Of a stretch of DNA of 64,000 nt, positions 52,687 through 61,779 are shown one piece after another (position 1 is the first letter of the stretch; the number at the start of each line of letters is the position of its first letter). Both the position numbers and the translations under genes were made by a program. The notes under the pieces are model-generated. The model made no database searches. It saw only the letters and a list, made by a program, of their open reading frames with translations, and had not been told where the DNA came from. The DNA comes from Methanomassiliicoccaceae archaeon (GTDB taxonomy: Archaea > Thermoplasmatota > Thermoplasmata > Methanomassiliicoccales > Methanomethylophilaceae): assembly GCA_003555025.1 (NCBI GenBank), contig PWHV01000011.1, positions 12,101-76,100 on the forward strand. Direction: 5' to 3'.

Positions 52687-53388
52687 CTAGAGGGGCCTCA
52701 TCTCGGCCTCCCCTTTGGTCTTGGATTTGATCCTCGAGAACAGCTCGTCCTTGACGCCGGCGGGTATCTCCACGACACCTATCCAGCTCCCGTCCTCCTG
52801 CCACTCGTCCTGCACCACTTCCCCTAGGGCGCGGAGGTCGTCGTAGCACCGCCCGTAGTCCTCACCCTTCATCCGCACCGCGATCCTGTTGCGGGCGAAC
52901 TTGATGGGCATCATCGGCCGCAACAGGTCCATGGCCCTCTTGACCTGCTGGTCAAGGGGCTTGAACGGATCCACATGGAACTTGGCCTCGTCCAGCGCCA
53001 GCTCGATCCGCGTCGGCGGATGGGGGGAGTTGGTCTGGGGATTGATGGCGTTCTTGGCGATCTCGCCGATCACCCTTCTCCGTTTCCCCTCCATTATCTC
53101 GCGGCGCTGCTCGATGGTGAGCTGCACCTCGCCTTTGAGGATGATACGGCGGGCGATCTCCACGATGTCATCGGTCCCGAAAACCTCCTGGATCTTCTCG
53201 TCGGCGGGGCGGGTGCCTTTGCGGGCGTCCTTGAAGACCTCATCGATGACCATCCGATCCAGCAGTTCGACTTCCTTACCGTCCCTGACCTCTTTTGCAA
53301 CGTCAGGGTCGATCAGTATCTCGAAAGTCTCCCCATGGGATTCGAGTCTGGCCACGATAGCGTCCTCGAGATTTACCATATAGACCAC
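52687..53388 (-). CDS. SBDS-family ribosome maturation protein (Sdo1)
   Basis: AIVARLESHGETFEILIDPDVA... FYSH domain, 233 aa. Conserved superoperon position. Confidence 0.88.
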   Translation of the reverse strand: MVYMVNLEDAIVARLESHGETFEILIDPDVAKEVRDGKEVELLDRMVIDEVFKDARKGTRPADEKIQEVFGTDDIVEIARRIILKGEVQLTIEQRREIMEGKRRRVIGEIAKNAINPQTNSPHPPTRIELALDEAKFHVDPFKPLDQQVKRAMDLLRPMMPIKFARNRIAVRMKGEDYGRCYDDLRALGEVVQDEWQEDGSWIGVVEIPAGVKDELFSRIKSKTKGEAEMRPL

Positions 53389-53396
53389 TCAGACCT

Positions 53397-54110
53397 TCAC
53401 TCGATCTTCTTGATGTATTTCTCGACTTCCTTGTCGTCGAGCTTCTTGAAGTCCTCGCCCTTCCTGACCACTCCGACCTCCAAGGCCTGGGCCTTGAGGC
53501 CCTCCTCGGTGGCCGAGGACAATGCCTTCAGGCCCAGCTGCAGGGCGTCCTCGAACTTCATGCCCTCCTCGTATTCGGACTCGAAGACCTCGTTGACGGC
53601 GGACCTGCCCGCCCCGATGCTCCCTGCCTTGTAGGAGACGAGGGCGCCGCTGGGGTCGGTCTCGTAGAGGTGGCTGCCCATCTCGTCGATGCCGGCCGCC
53701 AACAGAGCGGTGCCGAACGGCCTCAGGCCGCCGTACTGGGTGAAGTTCTGCTTGTAGTCGCAGATCCTCTTGACCAGCCCCTCCACCCCGATCCTTTCAT
53801 CGTAGGTGACCTTGTGAATCTGGGCCAGCTGACGGGCCTGGTCCACCAGGATGCGGGCGTCCGCCACCAGTCCGGAGGTGGCGCAGCCTATGTGCTCGTC
53901 GATGTTAAATATCTTCTCGATTGACTTCGGTTCCATCAGCCTACTGGAGATGCGTTTGTCCACTATCAGTAGGACCCCGTCCTTGAACTTGAGCCCGATG
54001 GTAGTGGTGCCTCTCTTAACGGCCTCCCTGGCATACTCCACCTGGAACAGCCTCCCATCGGGTGAGAAAACGGTGATTCCCCTGTCATATGCCATTTGTC
54101 CTGGTTGCAT
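53397..54110 (-). CDS. psmA: proteasome subunit alpha
   Basis: MQPGQMAYDRGITVFSPDGRLFQVEYAREAV. The upstream track codons were rejected (Cys/Pro/Arg-rich, crossing a TATA-like atatatatctatatt region). Confidence 0.95.
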   Translation of the reverse strand: MQPGQMAYDRGITVFSPDGRLFQVEYAREAVKRGTTTIGLKFKDGVLLIVDKRISSRLMEPKSIEKIFNIDEHIGCATSGLVADARILVDQARQLAQIHKVTYDERIGVEGLVKRICDYKQNFTQYGGLRPFGTALLAAGIDEMGSHLYETDPSGALVSYKAGSIGAGRSAVNEVFESEYEEGMKFEDALQLGLKALSSATEEGLKAQALEVGVVRKGEDFKKLDDKEVEKYIKKIE

Positions 54111-54234
54111 ATAAACTACCTCTGTTCGATTCCTCTCTGTTATTGAGAGCACATATATATCTATATTCCTAAAACGCGAGGCTGGAACAGCCCTACCAGG
54201 AAAGTGGCCGACGGCGCTGGCCCTTTCCAATGCC

Positions 54235-54504
54235 CTATAAAAAGGAGCGGAGCTTGCGCAGAGTGCCCGAGGTCCGCAGGGGCAGCAGCCCCGGGCGGGA
54301 TGCGGAGAGCTCCGCAACCACAGCGCTCCGGTCCTCTGGTGAGCAGCGGACGATGAGGTGCCCGCCCGCCTCGATCACATGCGGCGGCCGCAGGCCGCGG
54401 AAGACACTGTTCACGTGCTCGATGGCCTCCGCCCGGTCGCGGAAAGGGGGCTCCGCCGAGAACAGCACGTACCTCCTCCTGCCGCGGCGCTCCTTCACCA
54501 CCAT
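54235..54504 (-). CDS. rnp2: RNase P protein component 2 (Rpp14/Pop5-like), short form
   Basis: KERRGRRRYVLFSAE...HLIVRCSPEDRSAVVAEL pattern, at the canonical position upstream of psmA. Only 89 aa. Confidence 0.6.
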   Translation of the reverse strand: MVVKERRGRRRYVLFSAEPPFRDRAEAIEHVNSVFRGLRPPHVIEAGGHLIVRCSPEDRSAVVAELSASRPGLLPLRTSGTLRKLRSFL

Positions 54505-54505
54505 A

Positions 54506-55195
54506 TCAGTCCCTCACGAACTCGAACATCAGGCCGCATATGGGGCAGAGCTCCTCATGTTTCCCCAACGAGCAGCCGCAGTCAGGGCAGTCGTCTCCCA
54601 ATAGAGTGCCGCAGTCGCAGACCGTCTCCCCGTCCGGGGCCAGGGAGCGGCAGCGAGGGCAGTGCGCCGCATGGTACTCGCGGAACCTCTCCTCGCATGC
54701 GGGGCAGCGGTCCATGTCCCCCTCCACACGTTGGCCGCAGGAGGGGCAGGAGAAGGACCCGTCCTTGTCGAGGAAGACGGCGCCGCAATCGCAGACCGTG
54801 GCCTCCCGCGGTATGAAATCGCCGCAGACCGGGCATCTCCGCAATGTCACCTTGGCGTCATCGGGGAGGTTGTAGCGCCTCCTGAAGGCCTTGCGGCTGT
54901 ATTCCTGGTCGCAGTAGGGGCAGTAACCCGTCCTCTCCACGCAGGGGCGGTGGAATCCCATGCCGCAAGGGCAGACCACGAAGCCCTGGCCGACCTTGAT
55001 CCTTCCCAGGCATATCTGGCAGAAGACCGATCTCTCCCGGGGGGCGTGTATGCTCAGCGAGGGGGCCGCCGGGACGGGCTTCTCGTCGCCACGCCCCTTC
55101 GGTGGCGGAGGAGGCCGCCGCCGGCGCAAAAATCCGATGGCCACCGCCGCCGTCAGCGACAGGCCCTTGCTGCTGTTGACCGGGGTTCCGTTCAT
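54506..55195 (-). CDS. multi-zinc-ribbon protein with basic/Pro-rich N-terminal region
   Basis: At least 6 CxxC/CxC pairs (CQIC, CPYC, CPVC, CPSC, CPAC, CPRC, CPDC, CPIC). Start taken at MNGTPV (ATG 55195). The stop lies 1 nt before the rnp2 start. Confidence 0.65.
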   Translation of the reverse strand: MNGTPVNSSKGLSLTAAVAIGFLRRRRPPPPPKGRGDEKPVPAAPSLSIHAPRERSVFCQICLGRIKVGQGFVVCPCGMGFHRPCVERTGYCPYCDQEYSRKAFRRRYNLPDDAKVTLRRCPVCGDFIPREATVCDCGAVFLDKDGSFSCPSCGQRVEGDMDRCPACEERFREYHAAHCPRCRSLAPDGETVCDCGTLLGDDCPDCGCSLGKHEELCPICGLMFEFVRD

Positions 55196-55597
55196 TTTAC
55201 ATAAGGCAATCGGGGCACTCGATATATAACATTCTTGCACATAATAATTAGTGAGCGAAAAGGTAATTAGCATCCGCCAGCATTAACTTTGTTGGTATCA
55301 TCGGTATATCATTCGTGAATATACGAATAGAATCGTCGCTGAGCCGCGGACGCCCCCCTCTCACAAGGGCTTCGACACCCCTGTGTTTCCGATGGAAAAA
55401 AGCATGACGCAACATTGCTGGCAAGGGGGAAGAGATGAGGTCGGCGCCTGTTAAAACGCCGTTAAAGGCGGTACGTTTTTTCAAGACCCTTCACTTAAAT
55501 GCAACATGGAATATGAAGGTTTTGGAGAAAGCATTAAAGAACTGATATGTTATTCCGAATGTAATCCAAACACTGTCGAAATAACGGAGGCATTGAT

Positions 55598-58597
55598 TTG
55601 ACAAAATCGGCATTAGTTATCGGCGGAGGGATTGCAGGCATCCAAGCATCGTTGGATCTTGCGGACCGTGACATCCACGTCTACCTGGTGGAGAAGGAAC
55701 CCACCATAGGAGGCAGGATGAGCCGGCTCGACAAGACGTTCCCGACGAACGACTGTTCCGCCTGTATTCTTTCGCCCAAGATGGCTGACTGTTTCGGTCA
55801 CCCGAACATAGACGTATTGAGCTATTCTGAGGTCAAGAACGTCGACGGTCAGCCCGGGGACTTCAAGGTGAAGGTCGTCAAGAAGGCCAGGTATGTGGAC
55901 GAGGAGAAGTGCACCGGTTGCGGCGACTGTCTCCAGAAGTGCCCTCAGAAGAACATACCCGACCAGTTCGAGTACGGACTGACGACCAGGAGAGCGATCT
56001 ACATTCCCCATGCGCAGGCCGTGCCGCGTGTGGCCCTCATCGACCCCGAGCACTGCAAGAAGTTCTTGGAGGACAAGTGCGGCGTGTGCAAAAAGGTCTG
56101 CACCCGCGGCGCCGTGGACTACGAGATGAAGGACGAGGAGATGGCCCTAGACGTCGGGTCAATCATCTGCGCCACCGGGTACCAGACCTGGGACGCCAGC
56201 ATCTCCACGGAGTACGGCTACGGGCGCTTCGCCAACGTGGTGAGCGCCATGGAGTTCGAGAGGATGATGTGCGCATCCGGCCCTGACCATGGGCACCTGA
56301 GGATGCCCTCGTCCGGAGAGGACCCCAAGAAGATAGCGTTCATCCAGTGCTGCGGGTCACGCAGCGAGAAAGAGGGATGGAAGAAGTACTGCTCGTCGGT
56401 GTGCTGCATGTACGCCACCAAGCAGGCCATGATCACCAAGGAGCACGCCGACGTTGATGAGGACATATTCTTCATGGACATCCGCTCCTACGGCAAGGAG
56501 TTCGAGGACTACATACACCGCGCCGAGGGAGAGTACGGCATCAATCTGCACAGGAACGCCCGCGTCGCTTCGGTGGAGGAGGACCCTGAGACCAAGAAGC
56601 TCACCCTCCGCTACGCCGATTCCGAGGGTAGCCCTCAGGCCACGGAGTACGACCTCGTCGTGCTGTCGGTGGGCATGAATCCCCAGTCCGACGCCGAGGA
56701 TTTCGCCAAGACGCTGGGCATCGAGCTCAACGAGCACGGTTACTGCAAGACCGATATATTCAACCCCCTGGAGACGAGCAGGGAGGGTGTGTTCGTGACC
56801 GGGGCCCTCGCGGCACCCAAGGACATACCCACCTCCGTCGCCGAGGCCTGCGGATCGTCAGCCAAGGCCGGCTCGTTCATAGTGGACGAGAACTTCAAGC
56901 CTTGCGAGCCCAAGGAGTACCCCCCTGAGCGCGATGTCTCCGAAGAGGAGCCCCGCGTGGGCGTTTGGGTCTGTGAGTGCGGCATCAACATCGGTGCCAC
57001 CGTTAACGTCCCCACCGTCGCCGAGTACGCCGCCGAGCTGCCGGGAGTGGTGCACTCCAGCAATAGCATGTACGCTTGTGCCCAGGACTGCCTGGAGGAC
57101 ATAACAGCCACTATCAAGGAGAAGGAGCTGAACCGCGTGGTCGTCGCCTCGTGCACACCGAGGACCCACGAGCCGCTGTTCCGCAACGCTTGCCGTGAGG
57201 GAGGTCTTAACCAGTACCTCTTCAACATGGCGAACATCCGCGACCAGTGCTCTTGGATACACATGCACGAGCCGGAGAAGGCCACCACCAAGGCCAAGGA
57301 CCTGGTGCGCATGGCCATCGCCAAGTCGCTGCTGCTGGAGCCGTTGCAGGGCTCGAAGCTGCCTGTCACCAACTCCGCCGCCGTCATCGGCTGCGGCGTG
57401 ACCGGCATGACCGCCGCCCTCGACCTTGCCGCCCAGGGCTTCGAGGTGCACATCATCGAGAAGACCGACAGCATGGGAGGCAACGCCAAGAACTTCTATC
57501 ACAAGGAGGACGGCAAGGACGTGAGCGAGCATCTCGCCGAGATGATCGCCAAGGTGGAGTCCAACCCGCTGATAAAGGTCCATCTCGGCACCGAGGTCAT
57601 GGACATGCCAGGATACGTGGGCAACTTCACCGTCAAGACCAGCGCCGGAGACCTGGAGGTCGGATCGGTGATACTTGCAGTGGGCGCCAGCCCATACAAG
57701 CCCACCGAGTACGGCTACGGCAAGGATGAAAAGGTCGCCACCGCGCTGGAGGTGGAGAAGATGGTCCACGACGGCTCCTTCAACGCCAAGGACGTGGCGT
57801 TCATCCAGTGCGTCGGGTCCAGGAACGACGAGGTCAAGTACTGCTCCCGCGTGTGCTGCACCACCGCCCTGCGGAATGCCATCGCCATCAAGGAGGCCGA
57901 CCCATCCGCCAACGTCAGCGTGTTCCACAAGGACATCAGGACCTACGGCTACCGCGAGGAGCTGTACCGCCGCGCCTCCGAGCTAGGCGTGATGTTCCTG
58001 CGCTTCCCTGAGGGCAAGATGCCGGAGTACGACGGCTCCAGCGTCAAGGCCTATGACACCATCCTCAACATGGACGTGTCGGTGCCCGTGGACTGCCTGG
58101 TGCTAAGCGCCGGCATATCCCCTGACCAGGAGGAGAAGGAGGAGCTCGCCAAGATGCTCAAGATACCCATCAGCAAGGACGGGTTCTACTTCGAGGCGCA
58201 CCAGAAGCTGCGGCCGGTCGACTTCGCCACCGAGGGCGTCTTCGTCGCCGGACTTGCGCACTGGCCCAAGCACATCGACGAATGCGTCGCCCAGGCATCC
58301 GGAGCCGCCTCCAGGGCGCTCACCGTGATATCCAAGGAGGAGATCATCTCCGAGGGCATAATCGCCAGCGTCAACGACGACCTGTGCGACGGATGCGGCG
58401 TCTGCGAAGGCTGCTGCCCGTACAGCGCCATCGAGATCGTCGACGTGGGCGACGGGAAGCTCCGCAGCCAGGTCAACGACGCTCTCTGCAAGGGATGCGG
58501 CAGCTGCGTCGCCGCCTGCCCCTCCGCGGCCATGGAGCAGAAAGGCTTCAAGAACGTCCAGATACAGGCGGAGATCGATGCCGCCCTGGAGGAGTGA
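55598..58597 (+). CDS. hdrA: heterodisulfide reductase subunit A-like flavoprotein, enlarged two-module form (999 aa)
   Basis: Module 1: ALVIGGGIAGIQASLDLA...GGRMSRLDKTFPTNDCSACIL plus an inserted 2x4Fe-4S ferredoxin (CTGCGDCLQKCP, CGVCKKVC). Module 2: the canonical HdrA N-domain (VWVCECGINIG...ASCTPRTHEPLF...ANIRDQCSWIH), a second GCGVTGMTAALDLA fold, and a C-terminal ferredoxin (CDGCGVCEGCCP, CKGCGSCVAACP). TTG start after GGAGG. Confidence 0.88.
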   Translation: MTKSALVIGGGIAGIQASLDLADRDIHVYLVEKEPTIGGRMSRLDKTFPTNDCSACILSPKMADCFGHPNIDVLSYSEVKNVDGQPGDFKVKVVKKARYVDEEKCTGCGDCLQKCPQKNIPDQFEYGLTTRRAIYIPHAQAVPRVALIDPEHCKKFLEDKCGVCKKVCTRGAVDYEMKDEEMALDVGSIICATGYQTWDASISTEYGYGRFANVVSAMEFERMMCASGPDHGHLRMPSSGEDPKKIAFIQCCGSRSEKEGWKKYCSSVCCMYATKQAMITKEHADVDEDIFFMDIRSYGKEFEDYIHRAEGEYGINLHRNARVASVEEDPETKKLTLRYADSEGSPQATEYDLVVLSVGMNPQSDAEDFAKTLGIELNEHGYCKTDIFNPLETSREGVFVTGALAAPKDIPTSVAEACGSSAKAGSFIVDENFKPCEPKEYPPERDVSEEEPRVGVWVCECGINIGATVNVPTVAEYAAELPGVVHSSNSMYACAQDCLEDITATIKEKELNRVVVASCTPRTHEPLFRNACREGGLNQYLFNMANIRDQCSWIHMHEPEKATTKAKDLVRMAIAKSLLLEPLQGSKLPVTNSAAVIGCGVTGMTAALDLAAQGFEVHIIEKTDSMGGNAKNFYHKEDGKDVSEHLAEMIAKVESNPLIKVHLGTEVMDMPGYVGNFTVKTSAGDLEVGSVILAVGASPYKPTEYGYGKDEKVATALEVEKMVHDGSFNAKDVAFIQCVGSRNDEVKYCSRVCCTTALRNAIAIKEADPSANVSVFHKDIRTYGYREELYRRASELGVMFLRFPEGKMPEYDGSSVKAYDTILNMDVSVPVDCLVLSAGISPDQEEKEELAKMLKIPISKDGFYFEAHQKLRPVDFATEGVFVAGLAHWPKHIDECVAQASGAASRALTVISKEEIISEGIIASVNDDLCDGCGVCEGCCPYSAIEIVDVGDGKLRSQVNDALCKGCGSCVAACPSAAMEQKGFKNVQIQAEIDAALEE

Positions 58598-58602
58598 TAC
58601 AA

Positions 58603-59022
58603 ATGAGCGAAGAGTTCGATCCGAAAGTGATAGCCTTCTGCTGCAACTGGTGTTCGTACGCCGGCGCCGACGGCGCCGGTGTGGCCAGGCTGCAGATGCC
58701 TACCAACTTCCGCATCATCCGCACGATGTGCTCCGCGAGGGTAGACCCCGAGCACATCCTCAGCGCACTTGCCAAGGGCGCTGACGGCGTGATCGTGCTG
58801 GGATGCCACCCCGCGGACTGCCACTATATCGGCGGCAACTACCGGGCCCGAAGGAGGATGGCCCTTCTCCGCTTCGTGCTGGAGGAGTACGGCTTCGACC
58901 CCAAGAGGCTGAGGCTGGAATGGGTCTCCGCTTCCGAGGGGGATAAGTTCCAGACCACCATGAGCGAGTTCATAGACGATATCAAGGGCCTCGGCCCCAA
59001 CCCGCTGAAGGAGGTGGCCTGA
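58603..59022 (+). CDS. mvhD: F420-non-reducing hydrogenase subunit MvhD
   Basis: KVIAFCCNWCSYAGADGAG...VIVLGCHPADCHY is typical MvhD/FlpD, 139 aa. Confidence 0.92.
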   Translation: MSEEFDPKVIAFCCNWCSYAGADGAGVARLQMPTNFRIIRTMCSARVDPEHILSALAKGADGVIVLGCHPADCHYIGGNYRARRRMALLRFVLEEYGFDPKRLRLEWVSASEGDKFQTTMSEFIDDIKGLGPNPLKEVA

Positions 59023-60242
59023 TGGGTCTGAAGGACAAGATAATGGGCTTCTTCAAGAAGGCGGGCGAGAAGATGGAGGAGGCCGCCATCCCCGCAAAGA
59101 ATGAGAAGCCCGCCGCCGAGAAGGCCGAAGAGTCCATGGACGACACTCCCATCGCACAGGAGGTCTCGCCCAAGGCCGAGCTGCCTCCGGAGCTCAAGGC
59201 GCTCCTTCCCGGACCACCTCCGGGCGGAAAGATAAAGTTCGCCCACTACTGGGGAGCCGGCTGCGGAGGCTGCGACGTCTCCTTACTGGACATCAACGAG
59301 AAGATCCTCACCGTCAACGACATGGCGGACGTGGTCTTCTGGCCCATAGCCGTGGACGGCAAGACCAAGGATGTGGAGGCCATGGAGGACGGGGAGATCA
59401 CCGTGACCCTTTTCAACGGCGCGGTGCGCAACTCCGAGAACGAGCACATGCTGAAGCTGCTACGCCAGAAGTCCACAATTCTGGTTTCCTACGGCGCCTG
59501 CGCCATGTGGGGCGGCATGCCCGGCCTGGCCAACCTGCACAACACCAAGGAGATAATGGACTACGTGTACACCAAGACGCCCACCATGAAGGCGTTCCAG
59601 GACACACAGTCCGAACCGGTGTTCCCCCAGACCACATACCAGGCCCCCGAGGGCGAGCTGCACATCCCGGTGCTCTATGACACCGTGAGGGCGGCCGACG
59701 ACATCGTCGACGTGGACTATTACGTCCCCGGATGCCCGCCCATGCAGACCAGCATCGACGTGCTGCTCGGCGCGCTCATCGGCCATGTGTACCATGGATC
59801 CGATCTGCCTCCCAAGGGCACCCTCATCGGCGCCTCGGAGAAGACCCTCTGCGAGGAGTGTCCTCGCAAGAAGGAGAACCGCAGAATCGAGAAGGTCGTG
59901 GAGCCGCACGAGATCGACGTCGACCCCGATCTCTGCCTCATGGACCAGGGCATAATATGCATAGGCCCGGCGACCCGGGCCGGCTGTGGCTCGCCCTGCA
60001 CCATCGCTGCACAGCCCTGCCGTGGCTGCTACGGCCCCACCGGAGCGGTCTCCGAGCAGGGTGCGAGCATGCTTACGGCCGTCGCTTCCCTGTTCCCGGT
60101 GCTGGATAACGACCCCAATATCGATGAGGATGAGATAATGAAAATAATGAGCCAGATAAAGGACCCCTTAGGGTACTTCTATCAGTTCAGCTTGGCCAAG
60201 TCCTTAATCAACAGGGCCGTCAAGGAAAAGGGGGGTAAGTGA
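59022..60242 (+). CDS. mvhG: [NiFe] hydrogenase small subunit MvhG with roughly 75-aa N-terminal extension
   Basis: The core starts at KIKFAHYWGAGCGGCDVSLLD (proximal cluster Cys). Distal and medial cluster Cys lie in the C-terminal part. ATG overlaps the mvhD stop, with a GGAGGTG RBS. Confidence 0.88.
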   Translation: MGLKDKIMGFFKKAGEKMEEAAIPAKNEKPAAEKAEESMDDTPIAQEVSPKAELPPELKALLPGPPPGGKIKFAHYWGAGCGGCDVSLLDINEKILTVNDMADVVFWPIAVDGKTKDVEAMEDGEITVTLFNGAVRNSENEHMLKLLRQKSTILVSYGACAMWGGMPGLANLHNTKEIMDYVYTKTPTMKAFQDTQSEPVFPQTTYQAPEGELHIPVLYDTVRAADDIVDVDYYVPGCPPMQTSIDVLLGALIGHVYHGSDLPPKGTLIGASEKTLCEECPRKKENRRIEKVVEPHEIDVDPDLCLMDQGIICIGPATRAGCGSPCTIAAQPCRGCYGPTGAVSEQGASMLTAVASLFPVLDNDPNIDEDEIMKIMSQIKDPLGYFYQFSLAKSLINRAVKEKGGK

Positions 60243-60243
60243 A

Positions 60244-61761
60244 ATGACAGCCCCGATAATATGGGATGAGACAACCAAGAGCGAGTCCAACCGGATAACC
60301 ATCGACCCGATAACCCGTCTCGAGGGCCACGGGATGATAGAGATATTCCTGGACGAGAACGGCAACGTCGCGAACGCCTATTGGCAGACACCGGAGCTGC
60401 GCGGCTTCGAGAGGTTCTGCATCGGTCGCAGGGTGACCGAGATGAACCAGCTCACCGCCCGCCTCTGCGGCGTCTGCCCCGGAGCTCACCACATGGCCTC
60501 CACCAAGGCCGCCGACATGTGCTACAACACCAAGCCGACCGACACTGCGTTCATGATAAGGGACCTGTTCTACGGGGCCCATTTCGTGCACAGCCACATC
60601 GCTCACTTCTATGCGCTGGCCTCGGCAGACTTCGTGCTCGGCCCCTCGTCACCCGCCGCCACCAGGAACGTCCTGGGAGTGGTGGGCGCGGTGGGCCTGG
60701 AGCTCGGCTCGGCGGTGCTCAAGGCGCGTGCCTACGCGCAGAGGATACAGGCGATAATCGGCGGCAAGGCCACCCACCCCGTGATGGGCGTCCCCGGCGG
60801 CGTCTCCAAGCCCATAAGCAAGGAGGAGCAGGCGGAGATCCTGTCCATGAGCGAGTACATGGTGGACTTCGCCAAGACCACGCAGCAGGTGTTCGCCGAT
60901 GTGGTGCTCGCCAACCAGGACTACGTGGACATAATCGCCAACCCGGACATCTTCTACCATGAGACCTACTACATGGGGATGGTGAACAAGGACAACAAGG
61001 TCGAGTTCCACGACGGTCCCATAAGGGTTGTGGACCAGAAGGGCGCCGAGTTCGCCAAGTACGACCCGGTCGATTACCTGGACAACATCGCTGAGGCGGT
61101 GGAGCCCTGGTCCTACCAGAAGTTCCCCTACTTGAAGAAGATCGGGTACAAGGGACTGGTCGACGGCCCGGACAGCGGCATCTACCGTGCCATACCGCTC
61201 AGCAGGCTCAACGCCGCCGACGGCATGAAGACCCCGCTGGCGCAGGAGGAGTACGAGAAGTTCTACGCCACCTTCCGCGACCTGGGCGTCGAGGGCCCGG
61301 TGCACAACACCCTGGCAATACACTGGGCGAGGGTCATCGAGATGCTCTACGCCGCTGAGCTGGTGAACGAGCTCGCGCAGAACCCCGACCTGACCACCGG
61401 CGACATCAAGCAGCACGACATCTCGCCCGGAGGCGAGGGCATCGGTTGCGTCGAGGCGCCGCGGGGCACGCTGACCCACCACTACGTCAGCGACGAGAAC
61501 GGCATCGTCACCGACTGCAACATGGTGGTCGGCACCACCAACAACAACGGCCCGATGAACATGAGCGTGGCCAAGGCCGCCAAGGCGCTCATCAAGGACT
61601 ACCAGGTCTCGCCGGGTCTGCTGAACATGGTGGAGATGGCCTTCCGCGCCTACGACCCCTGCAACTCCTGTGCCACGCACAGCCTGCCGGGGCAGATGCC
61701 GCTGAAGGCGGTCATCAAGGACGCCGACGGCGAGGTCTTCAAGACCTTCTCGCGCAACTGA
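60244..61761 (+). CDS. mvhA: [NiFe] hydrogenase large subunit MvhA
   Basis: RLEGHG, N-terminal RLCGVCPGAH (RxCGxC) and C-terminal DPCNSCATH (DPCxxCxxH) Ni-Fe ligands. Confidence 0.93.
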   Translation: MTAPIIWDETTKSESNRITIDPITRLEGHGMIEIFLDENGNVANAYWQTPELRGFERFCIGRRVTEMNQLTARLCGVCPGAHHMASTKAADMCYNTKPTDTAFMIRDLFYGAHFVHSHIAHFYALASADFVLGPSSPAATRNVLGVVGAVGLELGSAVLKARAYAQRIQAIIGGKATHPVMGVPGGVSKPISKEEQAEILSMSEYMVDFAKTTQQVFADVVLANQDYVDIIANPDIFYHETYYMGMVNKDNKVEFHDGPIRVVDQKGAEFAKYDPVDYLDNIAEAVEPWSYQKFPYLKKIGYKGLVDGPDSGIYRAIPLSRLNAADGMKTPLAQEEYEKFYATFRDLGVEGPVHNTLAIHWARVIEMLYAAELVNELAQNPDLTTGDIKQHDISPGGEGIGCVEAPRGTLTHHYVSDENGIVTDCNMVVGTTNNNGPMNMSVAKAAKALIKDYQVSPGLLNMVEMAFRAYDPCNSCATHSLPGQMPLKAVIKDADGEVFKTFSRN

Positions 61762-61779
61762 GCGCGTCCCAAACCCCTT

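Noticed and set aside
55248-55484. 78-aa minus-strand ORF in the hdrA upstream region
   Set aside because: It has no RBS or promoter logic and an odd composition, and it covers the putative regulatory motifs. It is likely non-coding.
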